This document shows, in pieces, positions 46,901 through 61,600 of a DNA stretch of 64,000 nucleotides (position 1 is the first letter of the stretch; each line of letters opens with the position of its first letter). The notes under the pieces were generated by a model. That model saw nothing but the letters and a program-made list of their open reading frames with translations, made no database searches and was not told where the DNA came from. This stretch comes from Chrysomallon squamiferum (Eukaryota; Animalia; Mollusca). The position numbers were made by a program, and so were the translations under genes. Location: positions 19,158,001 through 19,222,000 of the forward strand of contig CM022670.1 of assembly GCA_012295275.1 (NCBI GenBank), given 5' to 3'.

Positions 46901-47978
46901 TGTTTTACAGATAAGTCAAGAATTCTGTATTCAATTTCTTTGCATAGGTCATGTTTGTAACTTGAATAATTTGTTTCTCTATTTCAGACCATCTCCTATC
47001 TCCAACTTTTGTTTTCTTCTTCATTTTGTTTTCCTCTTCATTCCACTTAATCCCCTCTGGTTTTTTCCCTCTATCACTCTCAATTATTTAAATCAATTTT
47101 ATTTTTTTATTTTTTGTTTCATTTATCTTATTTCCAAAACATCTTTTTTCTTACTCTTCTTTTCCTCTCTCTCGTTTATCATCTTGTTCACTCACTCCAG
47201 TTCTCTGTGACATAATCTAACAACTTAAAAATAAATTATCTAAAAAATGGTTTTTTGACAGATGTAGCCAGTGTTCAATCAACAGTTTTTAAACTTTAGC
47301 TGCTTAAAACAGCTAGCAGCAAGGGTCTATTTCATAGTCATTCTGAATACATATCGAAGATTTTTACAAATTAATTTTAAATGTGCTTAAATGGGGAAAA
47401 TAACCCCAAAACAAAGAATAAAGAAGCCAAATTTACATTGCATACATTAAATGCTTTCAGCATGGATACAAAAAGAAAGTAGAAAAAAAAAAATAATAAT
47501 AATAAAAAAAACTAATAATGTAAAAATAAATTTAATAAAAGCCTGAAAACATTTAGTAGCATTTATCTTTTCAAAGTTTCATAAAGTTTGTTGTCCACCA
47601 CTTAAACATTAAAGATCAATTTCAAAGAAGGCAAAATTCTATTTTAGTTCAAACCAAAACACAAATGTTTTTCCTCTTCTTTTCAAATTGTATAAAATAG
47701 GTTTGTCATAAATTGCTTTTATGTCATTTTCACAATTCATTATCAGAAGTTGTCATTTTTTTATATATATTTTTAAAATCTTTTTAAAGATTTAGTTTCA
47801 AGCCATATCAGACCATTGTTATAATTTTTTTCTTTTTAAGAAATCCAACATCTCGACAGAGACAACCTGAACAAAGAATGATAATTCTTTAAAAGCACCA
47901 AGTTATATGAAAACATCAAGTTAAATTAAACATTTCAGTTGCTTGAATGTTATTCATCTGACAAAAAAAAACAAAAAA

Positions 47979-48001
47979 ACACACACACACATACACAACA
48001 C

Positions 48002-48036
<35 letters not shown>

Positions 48037-48038
48037 CA
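47979..48038. repeat. (CA)n microsatellite, imperfect
   Basis: Directly visible. Confidence 0.9.
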
Positions 48039-49188
48039 GATATATATCTTCAGTGATTATTTTATTTTTAAAATTCCTTCAGTTTTCTGTTTTCATAAAA
48101 TGAAAGGGAAAAAAGCATCAAGTTTAATATTCAAAATGTATTTACACAATAAATGACTAGTGGTGAGGAAAATATTTTCACATTGTAATTGGTTTCACAA
48201 GTATGATATTAAAAAATTTCCAACCTGTTAAGCATCTAATCAGCTGTTGCTGTGTAAGTGGCACACTATAAAGTGAAGTAATTGATTTAATTTTGTTTAA
48301 TTTAATTATAAGCATGAAGATGCTGGAGCATAATACAGAATATGCAGTGAAGAAAATATTTTCACTTTTCAACTATTTCTTCATTCATGAAGTATCTTCA
48401 CAGTTCATTAGGTAACTAATAAACCATCAACTAAGCAATTTGTAGTTAACTTTGTACATGAAAAAAAAAAAAATGAAGAGGAAGAAAATAAATTAAAATG
48501 GAAAAAGAATGATGATAATATTAAAATAATTTTATACAATAAACTTGTTTAAATTGAAATTTTATTTTGTTTAATAAAAGAATTACGTTTTGTCTGGGTA
48601 TTAAATAATTTAATACCCTTTCAACGAACTGCAAAAGGCATTTGATGTAATATACATTTTAAAAAAGCAGTTTTACAAATTTCAAAAATATAATGAAATA
48701 AAGAATAAACTCTACATACACTAAAGAATATTAATGAAATGTTTTTATATATTTTCACTTTTCATGCTTCACTCCATTAAATATATCAACATATGAAAAA
48801 ACTAGACTGCCTTTCATTAATCATAAAACCATCTTTCATATATATATAAAAAATATTTGGCAAAAATATCCTTGAATTAAAATGTTTTTTTTTCTGTTTT
48901 TTTCTTTCTATCTTGTTCATACCATCTGATGAAAATCATGAAAACTCCAGCTGAGATGTTGGAAAAACACCAAGGCTAATCTTGAGTTAGAGAAAATGTT
49001 TTCCCAGCTGGGAACAGTAGGTAAAATAGATTATGATTACTGAAGCAATAAACTTGGTAAAACTGGCATCTCTAACATATAGAAACCCAGACAAAAGCAG
49101 CCATATTTATTATACATTTGGAAGAACAATTCAAATTATTTAGGGAAAACAAACTTTCTTCACAGGAATTCTGGGAAAAAACCCACAA

Positions 49189-49222
<34 letters not shown>

Positions 49223-52200
49223 CAGAGTAAGGTTATTTTATTAATGTTTCAGATAACTGGTAGTTGAAAATCAATCAATTCAGTACATTTTACAATAAAC
49301 TAAATGGAAAATGATAAGATCATTGATAATACAAATATTACCATTATTATCAGTAATGAAAAAATTATAATTACAACTGTCAATAATAATAATAATTAAC
49401 ATTAAAAAGTTTTTCCACATAATACTGTAAATAATCTACTGAGTAATTAATCTGGCTTCAAATACAAACATTTATTTACATTTATTTCAGAGTATATTTG
49501 GTAATAACATTATCATTAGTAAGGCATCATTAAAGCACACATGCCAAGAGAAGGACTCCAGTGGATTTTAAAACAAAAACTATTTTCTTAACACATCAGA
49601 AAGCAGCTATCATTACAATATCAACACGAACTGATTTCAACTGCCTGCTGCAAAATCACTATCCCAAACATTACTAAACCCCTCTTGCAATTTGATAATG
49701 CTTTATCATCTAAATTGAACTGCTAGTGTTTTTTATTCATCAGGCAGCTGGCTGAAGCAGACAGTTCAAAGACGTTCAGATAAAATCACAAATACGCCAA
49801 GTATTTTTTCTCAAGAACATTTATCATATAAATATTTTGAGACTGGTTTTCCCTCTAACACTTAAATATATCATTACTGCACCCCCTCTATCCTTTCCTG
49901 CTGCAAAACAAAAACATTTTGAGTATTTTTACTGTAAAATTCATGGCATGAAAAAGTAAGAACTCTGCCATTATTTTTACAGATAATGCGAATAGGTTTG
50001 GATAAAGTAAGGTTTTAATTTCCATTTTATTTTCTTCACAACTGCACCAAATGACATACATGAATGCTCAAGTCTTATGTCACTTTTTCATTTTTATTTT
50101 TTTTTAATGAATGAAGGTTTCATTATTTTTATGGTCTGATGTCAATATAACAGATGAGCTTAAAATCAAGATGATTTTATATATGCCAGTTTTTAGTTGA
50201 CTATGAATACAAAAACATATAAGAAGCATTAACTATGTACATATATACAATTAATGTCATGTTCCACTTTACTACATCAATTATTAAGGCAGTTTATATT
50301 CAATGGGTTAGCAAATTAAAAAAAATAAGAAGTAAAATTAAGAAAAAAATTAAAATTAAAATTAATAAAGTGTAAATATTATTTATTTTTTAAATATTTT
50401 TTTAAACATATTTTTAATTTTATTCTTTCCAAAATATAGTATACTTGGATTCAAAACATTTTATTTGTTAGAAAGTTAATGATGGAAAACATATCCAAAC
50501 ACAACTGGGATTTAATCCAAGAACGCAATAGCTTACTATTCATGGCATTATGATCACCTATTTTGTCAAAACTATTATTAGCATGTAGTCTAATGGGCAA
50601 ATATTAATAATCCAATGCCAGTGATGTGAGTTCTCAAAACTGTTGAATAATCACTCAAAAATCCTATTTTATGAATATTCATAAACCTCTCCCACATCAA
50701 TTTATTTTATCACAGGCTTCTCTCTGTCTCTCTCTGTTTCTTTTTTTGTTTCTCTAGATACTGTATTTTAATTAGTTCTGGCAATCAAGGCCCAATTTCA
50801 AGAAAACCATGACTGGTTGGTTAGATATCATCCTTTTGCCAAGGTAACAAGTTCATCTAGATAGACAGTTTTATCATGATAAGATTCTGCATATTCAAGA
50901 GTTATGTCTGCTGCCAGTGTTGACACAGCTGGACACAAACTGTCCTGTGTTGTCCATCATTAAAATGGCAGACATTTCACCATTTCCAATAAATATGAAT
51001 CTTTATTCATTTTTTACTCCTCATATTTACATTTTCATTGAGACTGATGAATACTAATTTTTGTGGGAGGTTTTGGGTAAACAATAACAATAACAATGAT
51101 GATGATGATAAAACAGTAATATAAAATTTAAAGGGAAAAAATGAATTAAAGAAAGAAGAAAAGATAAAAGAAAGACCATACTAAAATTAAATATATAAAC
51201 AAGTGTATAGTTACTTATAACTTTAAGTATGGATGTAATATAATAAAACAAAATTACAAACCTGTCTTGGACATAATGTAATTTAAATCTTCAATTAAAA
51301 ATTCTTAGAAAATTGTGTGCAGCATAGCATGTCATTATTTATGGAGGCACATAGCATTTTTAAAGATGAAAAATGTCTCTAAAGTTTTAACAACTGACGA
51401 TACATTTTAACTAATTAAATGTTAGAAATGATTCTTCCAGATAGAAACATTTTCAGTACATATGTATTTTGAAAATATAAATAAAAATAACTACATATTC
51501 TACAAAGAACGCACAATAAAACAATAAATACATCACATTAACTTAAGTCAGAAACTCACTATATCCCAGATATTAAAGATATATTTTTTAAACAACTCCT
51601 TGAAACTTAATTTTTGATATTATCATAATATTTAACATTTTATCCCAATTCTCGTATTATCATATTTCTTTTAAGTTTTAACATTGTAAATCTCATATCA
51701 AATATATTTATATGTTTTCAAGATTTGAGAATGAAAATATTTCAATATAAAATAAACTGATAAACATTTTAAGTGACATCACACATTCTTTTTTCTTTTT
51801 ATTGTTTCAATTTGGAATTTACATTTGTCCTCATGATATGAAAAAATTACAAATAATAAAATATACACAAATAATCTTTAACTAAATAACAAAAAAAAAA
51901 TTAAAAAATAGTAATAATAATAATAAAAATATTTCCACTACACATCACTTCAATCCACATCATACCATATCTTCTAATGACTGTTTTGATTTGGAATTTA
52001 CAACAGCACTGTAATATAATCATTTGTCTTCAGATCAAGCAAAGCTTCATTAAATCAGAGTTAACGGAATTATCTGGATAACCAAACACAGGAGCCATCA
52101 TGGCCTGTAGCTGTTGTTTACACAGGGCAATAAATCTGTTACAATGTTTAAAGTAAAGATTTCAACAACTCAACAACTGCCTGCAGCAACTGAAGAAAAG

Positions 52201-55200
52201 TTAGGAAAAGAGAGAGAGATTAATGGAAAAGCGTTAACCAGAAGTAAAGGATGCTTTACCAACAGACATAACAGTTTATTTTTACAATTTCAGTGTTTAT
52301 ATTGAATATATTTTGGGAATGTTTAAAGAAGGCAGAGGAAAAGGAAGCTTGTTATAGAAAATGACTGCAGTGGTAATGGAGAATGAATGCGACTAAACAG
52401 CAGATATTGTTGTGTTGAAATGAAATTTGGTTTAGCATGCACATGCATACACAAACTTACTCTTTCTCCCTTATAATGTTACAATATACATTATTCATTA
52501 ATCCAGTCACGATTCTTTACTGATTTATATGCACTTACTACTATATATCTATACTTATATACTACATATGTATTTATACTGCATTATATAAAATAAATAT
52601 TCCATGCTGCTCGTTGTCAAATATAATCCATGACACCCTAGATTTTTCATGATCATATGACATTTTTAATATTAATCACAACATGAGAGACACAGATATT
52701 ATTCTAAAAAATAATAAATAAATTAATACATGAATGCATCATTACTAAGTATCTATCAAAATAAGTAAGAGCTGTTATGATGCAGAAAAAATATTTTCCC
52801 AATCTCAATCAGTTATGTTAAAGACAGAAAACAGTTTATTAATTTTCTTTATGTATCTGCAGCTGATTCCGTTAGTAACAGTTCAGGCCTGTTGACACTT
52901 TCTAAATATCAGCCAGCCCCTCAGGCTAAGGGTCTGGCCAGATCTGTGATATAGCTGTTGACATATCGTCTCAACACCTCCATGTTGATTTCCTTCTGTT
53001 TCAGTAAATCTGCCCCCACAGGCAGGCAGCACTAAGCCAGATGGATTCTTAAAACTGACAGAACTTTGCATCAGGACAAAGACCAGAATAAATAATTAAA
53101 TTAAGCTGAACATATCAAATACTTTTTTTTAGAACAAAATGAATTTTATTTTAAATTTTTTTTTTAAAAAATGGACAAAAGTGGAATTGCAGGTGATATT
53201 CGTGAATGCCAATTTAAAAAACAAGAGTCATGGAATAACATTTAAAAATAAAGTTGGAAGAACATTTTGGAAATAAAAAAAAGAAAAAGGTTTCTTTTTT
53301 GTTGTTGTTTTTTTTAGAAAAGAAGGTAATCAGAGTAACTGATTAAAGGTGATGATTCCTGACAAGACATTCTGTAAATGTATGTCATAAATATCTGTCA
53401 GAAACCTAATAAAAAAAACTATTTAACTGTGACTAAATTTATGGATCACAGATTCATCTAATCAGTAAATATTTTATAACACTGATTTAGCATAAAAAGG
53501 AAAAAAAAGAAAAAAACAATGTATACACAAAACACACACATTTACATATCCATATAATTAGCACATATAAGCACTTGAATTAAAGCAAGTTTGCTTTAAG
53601 AACTTGAAATAAAACTTTAAAAATTCAAAACTGAATGAAAAAGAAAACTTAATTATAAAACAGAATTCCTTTCTCTTAATTATGTCAAAATATAATTCAT
53701 ACAAAAAAGATAACATCATTGTTGTGGAAAAAATATTTTTAAAAAATTGTAATTTAAAAAAAAAATGTTCCAAAATTATATTATAAAGTTACTTTTTTAA
53801 TATAAAATCTGATATAACGGAGAATGATGCAAAAGAAAAAAGTTTATTGCACTTGTATTTACATGCCTTTTATTTTTGTGTGTGTTTGTTGTATTGTATT
53901 TCCTTCTTTTTTTTACTTCAAAAAAATGTCCAGTTAAATTATGTCCTATACAACTTTAAAATAGCACTTAATACTTAATCATAATTTTAACAATGTGCAA
54001 TATGATATCAGATCCATTAAGAAACTGAACAAAAGAAACCCAGTATAATTTATTAAAATGTTATTTCACCTCTGATGACCCTATGGTTAATAACACAATT
54101 TTCGAAGGTGCATGCTAATGGCAGGTAATTGAACAAACTGTCCTCTTTGGATAAGAAAGCTCTGATGTTACTGACAGCTGTAGACTTGTGATGTAACAAA
54201 TGTATGGTCTCTTTCACAGGCTGGTGATGATGTGCCAAGGACCAGTGGAAACCCTGTTATGTGGTGCAATTGAACCAGAATGCCTGTCTGATTAAAATAG
54301 CTGAACTCTTTTAGCAAACATGTGGTCTTTATAACTGCATTGCCTGCTTGTTAGCATTTGTTACATCATACCTGCTGGGGATAAGTGGCTCTCTTATGTT
54401 CACTAAGAAACAATTAGCTGAAGTGACTTGCAAAATGGCAAAGCATGTGTTTTCTGTCTTAATAATTTAGGAATATTTGTAGAAAGTAGAATTGGTTGAT
54501 GTACATGCATATTTGTGTTTGTCTTGTTTAAGTATAGTGATCATTCTAAATAATGGTTTCAAACATATAGAGTAACATTAGATGAGGAACCAGTATGTTT
54601 TACTTTATATTTTAGTCATGTCTGTTTATTTTAAATTGATTATAAGTTATAACTGGCATTGTTCTTAAGATTTATCTATGACAGAAGAGAAGTAAGACAA
54701 GAAATGTATTTACAGGTGGAATAATCAATGAACTGATAGACAGGCAATTAAAAACAAATGATATTAAAAAAAAAATCAAAAACATATGACATGCTGTGGC
54801 CGCACACAAAATTCATTAATAATAAAACATACTTTTAAACACGTATACAGCTTTTAAGTAAGTAATTAATCAACTGCAAAAATAACATTTTATTGTTAAA
54901 ACAATTATTACGTAAGTATCATTATAAAGAAAATCTAATCATTATCTTGGTAGCCTTCTACATGGACATCAGAGACAAATGTCCAGTCTGCTTTCCACAG
55001 CTCTGTGTTACTACAGGAAATTGGACATCTGGTGAAATCCCAGCTGGGTCATAACAACAAGATCCAGAAAAAACCTTTGAACTGCAAGGCTTTAAATTTG
55101 CAATAAACTTGATAAAACCAACAGAAGACAAAAGGTGATCAATTCCCATATGTCTAGTTTGTGGATTATTTACTGAATTGACAATAAATGTTGTTTCTGT

Positions 55201-57120
55201 CATTAAGAAGAACATGTAGATGTAATAAGATACAGCACTAGAGTTAGAGTTTAACAAGTGCATATGTTAAACATTTTAAATACTGCACTCACAATTTTCA
55301 AACCCTCTGTTAAAGTAAATGTAAATATTTCTAACACACGTACACTAATGCAGGTTTTAGGATTTTGTTAGATATACAGTGTAAGTGTGAATGTTTCAAA
55401 TGTTTAATTGATGTTAATGGTGTTCTTATAATTAAGGTTCATGGAAGTTTATAGTGAATGTAACAAAACTTTTCACATAAAACTAACAAAATAAAAATGA
55501 TTTAAAAACTGTTAATAATTTTTATTTTAAGAAATATTACGTATACAAAACAAATTCAAAAATAATTTTTTGGTCCCTCAAAAACAATGAAATGTCAGGG
55601 TGGCAAACATTTTTTTTAAGCTCAGTCTAATTTTGTACTTATAAACACTTTAAAAGTAAGTAGCATTTTCTTATTCTGTTCCTTCATGATTGTTATTTAC
55701 TTTGAATTACTGGTCATGCATGTTTGTATAGTAGCAAAACCAGTCATGTGTAACCATGCATAACTAGACCCATCCACTGAGTTATTATAGTTACCTAGGC
55801 TAGATTAACATGTAGTTTTATAGGCAAAGCCTTATCAAAAGCATAAAAGGCGTCATCAAATTTCTGCTCCAAATGACACAGACACCACATTCTGGCAAGG
55901 CAAACAAAAGCCCTAGCATGGTAGAACAACCTAAAGAAAAATAATAATAAATGGGAAAGAAAAATTCTGAAAGGAGGTAACTCCTGAAAGTATACACCTT
56001 AGATATGTTTAGGCAATGAAGCATGGTTTTTTTAACTTTACCTTGCAATTATGAACAAACATCAGTTTGAGATCTTTTGTTATATATTTGATCTGGGGTG
56101 AAATTCACTCCTCTTTAAAATGTAAATATTATATAAAAATGTTTTTGGGTAGAAAATATCAACAGTTTTAGGCATTTTGTGCATTATTCAACATGATCCT
56201 CTGAACACTTGTAGTATTAGCACTTGATTAGAAACTGCTAAAAAGAAGATTAGAAATCCCCAAAGGCAGGTTATGTAAATGAAATAATAAATCTGAAAGA
56301 GGATAACCTTAATGACTTGGCTAAGTAAAAATAAGCAACATAAACAAAGAATTTAGCAGTATTATCTTTTAAATCATGTTCTTCGTAGCCTATTTTGTAC
56401 TTAGGGTTGTTACAGAAGAAAGAAAAAAGGCTAAGCTTTGATTTATTGTTCATCAGTGAGTGTGATCATAAAAGTATCAGATACAAATCTGACATGTGTA
56501 CTAGTTGACATTTCAGAAAGTTTCATAAATCTTCTTTTTTTTCTTACTTTTTTTTCAAAACACAATGAAAAAGATATAAAATAAGATAAGAAGATATTGA
56601 ATTATCAGTCAGGCAAAGATTGATAATTCAAGTTTTGATAAACCTATAAAATCAGAAAAGTTGTAGAGGAAGGGGAAGAAGAATATTAAAGGCATCTTTT
56701 TTATTAATAAAACCGATATATCACATCCCCCTGTCCATCTGTATATGTATAAATGTATGTATATTCGTGTATTGATGAACATATTCTAACATACACTAGT
56801 AAAAATATATCAACATGCATTCAGCACAACTATGCAAATAAATGTATACTGTTATACATGAGGATGCACAGACAAGTACTCACAAACTGAAAAAAATAAA
56901 TGAAAAATATATTATTATAAATCATGGGTAACTGTACACTAAAAACCTAATCATATGCTGTACACTTCCAACTGCAAGCATCACATATGGTTTTCATTTG
57001 CAGGGGTATAGATTTCCATAATATATAACAATTTTCCCAGCATACAAATAATCATTGGTTGCCATTGCCAACTATCAACTGGAGATCTGACAAACAATTT
57101 TTCATCAGCCAAAAAAAAAA

Positions 57121-57152
<32 letters not shown>

Positions 57153-60100
57153 AGAAAGATGGAATAATAAAAATAAAAAAGATTGTCTGTTGCATATACA
57201 TGTCAACACTTTGATAATTGAGGTGGAAAACTTCAATGAAGAGATATTATCACCATGGTGACCTTTTAATCATTTGTGCATCAACACATAATAGACACAA
57301 AGATAGAGAGAGAGCATAACGAATGCAACTGATTTTTTTAAACACTGCTGTGTTATGATGATGTTGCTGATCTTACGAATCCTTCCTTCACATAAGTGTT
57401 GATGCATGTCTCTCATGAGCGCAGTCTCTATCCAGTGTTTAAATTAAACATTTACAGGTTTCAAATATTAAAATTTGGGAATGCCTAGGTTTTAACACAT
57501 TCTGGATTTTAAATCACTGCTATAAGCTGTCAGACACAAGCTCTGAGAATACACTAGTTTCCTTAGGGTTTAGATTTGAATGTAATGTATTTAAACAAGG
57601 TAACTTGATGCAAACCTGTAGAAATGTGTTATTTTAAATATTTAGGCATGATGAATATATAAGGCTTCAAATATGGAAGATGGTTTCTATCATTTAAGTT
57701 TAAATACTGAAATTTAAAAGAGCTGTATTCATAGAATATAAAATTAAAACTATATTTAATAAATAAAAAGTCCCAGTTAACTAATACATTTTTGCTAAAT
57801 AATTGACTAGTGGGTTAAAAGTTTTTTTTAAAGATATGAAATATTCATGTAATAAAAATGATTAAAAAATAAAATAATAAATGGTAAATGTATAATAATT
57901 TGCAGACATCAAAATATTTAAAAACCTTCATTTATTCAGGATTTGCTTCAGGAAATTTTCTATTATTTAAACATTCCCTATCATTTTTTAAAATAATTCT
58001 GAAAAATATCTGTATAGAGTATCCCAGATGTTTGTAATGAGTAACAGAAACCTTGAGCCCATTAAATATGCCCAAGAAGCCAGCAAGATGAAAAAATGCA
58101 CACTTTCTGTGTGCATGAAGATGTGAATAGTAACTGAACATGACAGAAAACAAAATGTCAGACATTCCTAGAGTGATGTACGACATTACTGTTTTTCATT
58201 TCTGTTTTTCATTAATATGGAGGAACAAATTACATATCTTCTTTTAAGATTAGAATTTAAAAAATTATGAAACTACAGTCAAAACTATATTTAGTTAGAC
58301 AAAAATCGGAAGAAAAAAAATATTAAGTATCTCTGATAAAAACAAAAGACCCATAAAACCCCTCAAAATTTAAAAAAACAAAACAAAAAACTAATAATAA
58401 TAATAATAATAAAAAAATAAATAAATAAATAAAAAAAAAAAAAAAATAAGAGCAAAAAAAAAAAAACCCCACCTAAAACAAAAAACAGTAAATCCATAGC
58501 AGTCTGAAATTTAAAATTATTATTACTTAACAATAGTAATTTATTTATTTATTTATTTATTTATTTATTGATTTATTGTTGTTTTTTTTTTTTTTTTTTA
58601 TCTTACATGAAGTCTTGAGAACAGTAGAAGTCAGCCTAATAAAAAATTGTTTCTGTTTATCTACACTATTAAAATTCACTATTTAACTTTCTGTTATGAC
58701 CTATTGAAAATAAATTTTGGTTACTCATTGATTATTTATCTAGATCAGTATCACACATTTGTTTTCTATCACTGACTCATGCACATCAAATATCTAAAAT
58801 TATTAATTTTTTTATCAGCAGTTATCATTTTTTATAAATCTGATGGATCTAAAACTGTTGATTATTAATTTATTATTTCTTGAAATATTTAGTGGTTTAA
58901 GTCAGTTTTAAAAATGGGTAATCTTTTTCCCTGAATAATAAATGTAAAGGATTTTTTCCCCTTTATACTGAGAAAAATAATCAGAATTCATCTTCTGTAG
59001 ACTGAAAGTAACATTACACTTCAGTAATTAAAATAGTTTTATATTTTCATTTGTTACTGCTCTAACATGGTCTGTCTTAAATCCCCAGGGCCAATTATTC
59101 AATTAAACAGAACCATTGCATTAGTAAAGTAATTGGCCATAATAATATGGTAAATTTATAAAAATTATTAGATTTTCTCAACATTTGTTGGAAATGTCAG
59201 TTTTATAATTATAATAAACAGTTTGTTGAACTTTGATATTAAATTTATTATTATATACATGCGGAAACTGATATTAAAAAGAATAACTGTTATATCTGAA
59301 AATGATGAAACTGCCAAAATAATACCAATGCAAGGTAATCATAATGATTAAAAATGATGAAAACAACAATAATAATGATAATGGTGGTAGTAATGGGAGA
59401 AGAAAAAATAAAAGTAATAATAGTAGATTTTGTAGATAATGGTTGTAACAGCAATAACATAGATAAACAAACAAATGGAAGATTTACTACCAACATGTAT
59501 AACTATGCTAACTAAAACCCAGCATTTTTTAGTTTAAGTAACATAATCACATAAACGTTTTCGAATTATTTAAAAGTGAGAAGATTACAGGAAGAAATAC
59601 TGTGGCTGCTGGAAAATAATCATTTAAATAAAACATCAGCTCATCAAGACAACAGCAAAATGTCTTTTAAACTCAACCAAAATGCCACCTTAATCGCTAC
59701 CTTGTCAGTGTAATGTGAAGCAAGTCAACATTCATAATGTCTGGCCACATTTTCTGTCAAATTAGTGCTTGAGAACAGTGTTTTAACGGGAAGGAAAATG
59801 CACAAATTACAGAAAAATATGCATGTTCCTCTCGACCATCGTCTGTTCGAATCAATCAAGGCGATGTGGACATTTAATTGGATACAAATTGGAGGCGATG
59901 GTCTATTTAATGAAGCTAAGATGATTCACTAATGCAGTGCTGAATTAATTATGACATAAAAAAAGGATTTTTAAAAAAGTCAACCTCAGTAACAAAGACG
60001 CCTAATCTCTCTATTGTTCACTGCTGGATTTTTTGGTTGCCCTCTGGTTTTTCTCCACCATTTTATTTTATGTTAATTAATTATGGGTGTTCTAGCTTTG

Positions 60101-61389
60101 CATTTTTTTATTACATTATCCTCATTTTCTATTTTAAAATTTTGTGTGCATTTTTAAAATGAATTATAAAAGATGTCTTTCTATTTGTATCAAAAGTATT
60201 TACATGAACTTGACCAAATAAGAAATGCAATATACTGTTTCTGTTTTGAATATTTGTAACTGGATATATACTGACACGCTAAGTGAATGAATACTGCTAT
60301 TTCTGGCATTCTATGATTAAAATGGATGTTTATATTTTAAAATATTGTCTTCACCATAAAAAGTTAGTGGTTATTTGAAAACAACAGCCCCCATAGGTTA
60401 AAAATAAAAAATAAAATAACAAAAACAACAACAATAAAAAGATGCATTATACATGCAACTACCAAAAATGTCATTTTTCTTGGAGTTTCAAAACTTTTTA
60501 AAATTCAATCTTCAAAATATTTGTTTAAGGGAAAAAAATCCATAGTAACAGAATCAGCAATATGCCACAGAGCCATAGTTCTGAACACTGTTTGCCAAAG
60601 GAGCCAAGTTTCAGATCTCTAACATAATACAAACATAAAATTTCTTCTTTCTCCATGGGGAACTGAATATCTATGATTCCACAGCTTTATAGTTCTACCA
60701 GTGGCAGGTGGAGAATTTTACAATGGTGAAAACAGAACTCCAGCAGACTGTATCATTGAGAGGCAGTTCCAAGGAGATAAACCCTGTCCATATATGATAC
60801 TCCCTTGTTTTCACACTATCTCAAAGCTTCTTTTTTTTTTTTTTTTAATTTTATTAATTTATTTGCTGATCAATATTTTTATTATTATTTTGTTATTTAT
60901 GAAAGATTAATAATGAAATTTGCATCATCATGAAAGATATATTCACTTCAATGATGTCACAGTGATGTGTCTTAATAACCATACAGTAAGCATCTACTTT
61001 TTTCAATCTAAGTGAAAAATAATTTGTTATGTTATTTCACTTTGCAACAAGCAAAACATCTTTGACTTGTTTTAAACTGAAAGTCTGTACTTAAATGAAG
61101 ATATCTGACATATCAATAAAATATTATCAAAGAAGAAAAAAAAAGAGCAAAATACATTTTAATTACAATGAGATGACAAATGAGTTGAAACTGCAAAGTG
61201 TATTGTGAATGTAGCTAATTACATAAGATGGTCTGGTGCTAAACAAAGCTTGCATAATGATAATGTGAACATGATCTCTTCACTATCGGTAGACTATTAA
61301 GATATCACAGGAGTTGCATCAGAAGAAAATGAGGCCCATGAGGCAGAAACAAAATGTGACTTATGGTGAAGAAGCCAGTTTACAGCATC

Positions 61390-61600
61390 AAATAACCAGT
61401 GAGGTGATATATTAATTACTTCTTATGCAAGATTAGCCAGTGACACATTTATTACTGAAAACTAAATAGCCAATAAGATGAGATGTTAATTACTGAAAAG
61501 TAAACAGCCAGTGAGATGACATGTTAATTACAGAAGCCTTATAATAACCAATGAGATGATACGTTAATTACTCAGTGCTAAATAGCCTGTGACATAACAT
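61390..61600. repeat. Minisatellite, about 35-41 bp unit, 5-6 degenerate copies
   Basis: Recurring unit close to AAATAGCCAGTGAGATGACATGTTAATTACTGAAAACT. Confidence 0.8.

Noticed and set aside
57450-57650. Several short inverted matches (TACAGGTTT/AAACCTGTA, TAACACATT/AATGTGTTA, ATGCCTA/TAGGCAT)
   Set aside because: Short and not consistently nested; compatible with chance in AT-rich sequence.
44813-60910. Short ORFs (60-112 aa) in the large intron
   Set aside because: Low-complexity F/I/L-rich or random composition, no domain motifs and no splice-consistent chain.
34140-61600. The two minisatellites as possible CRISPR arrays
   Set aside because: Degenerate head-to-tail units without unique spacers, a eukaryotic intronic context and no cas genes.
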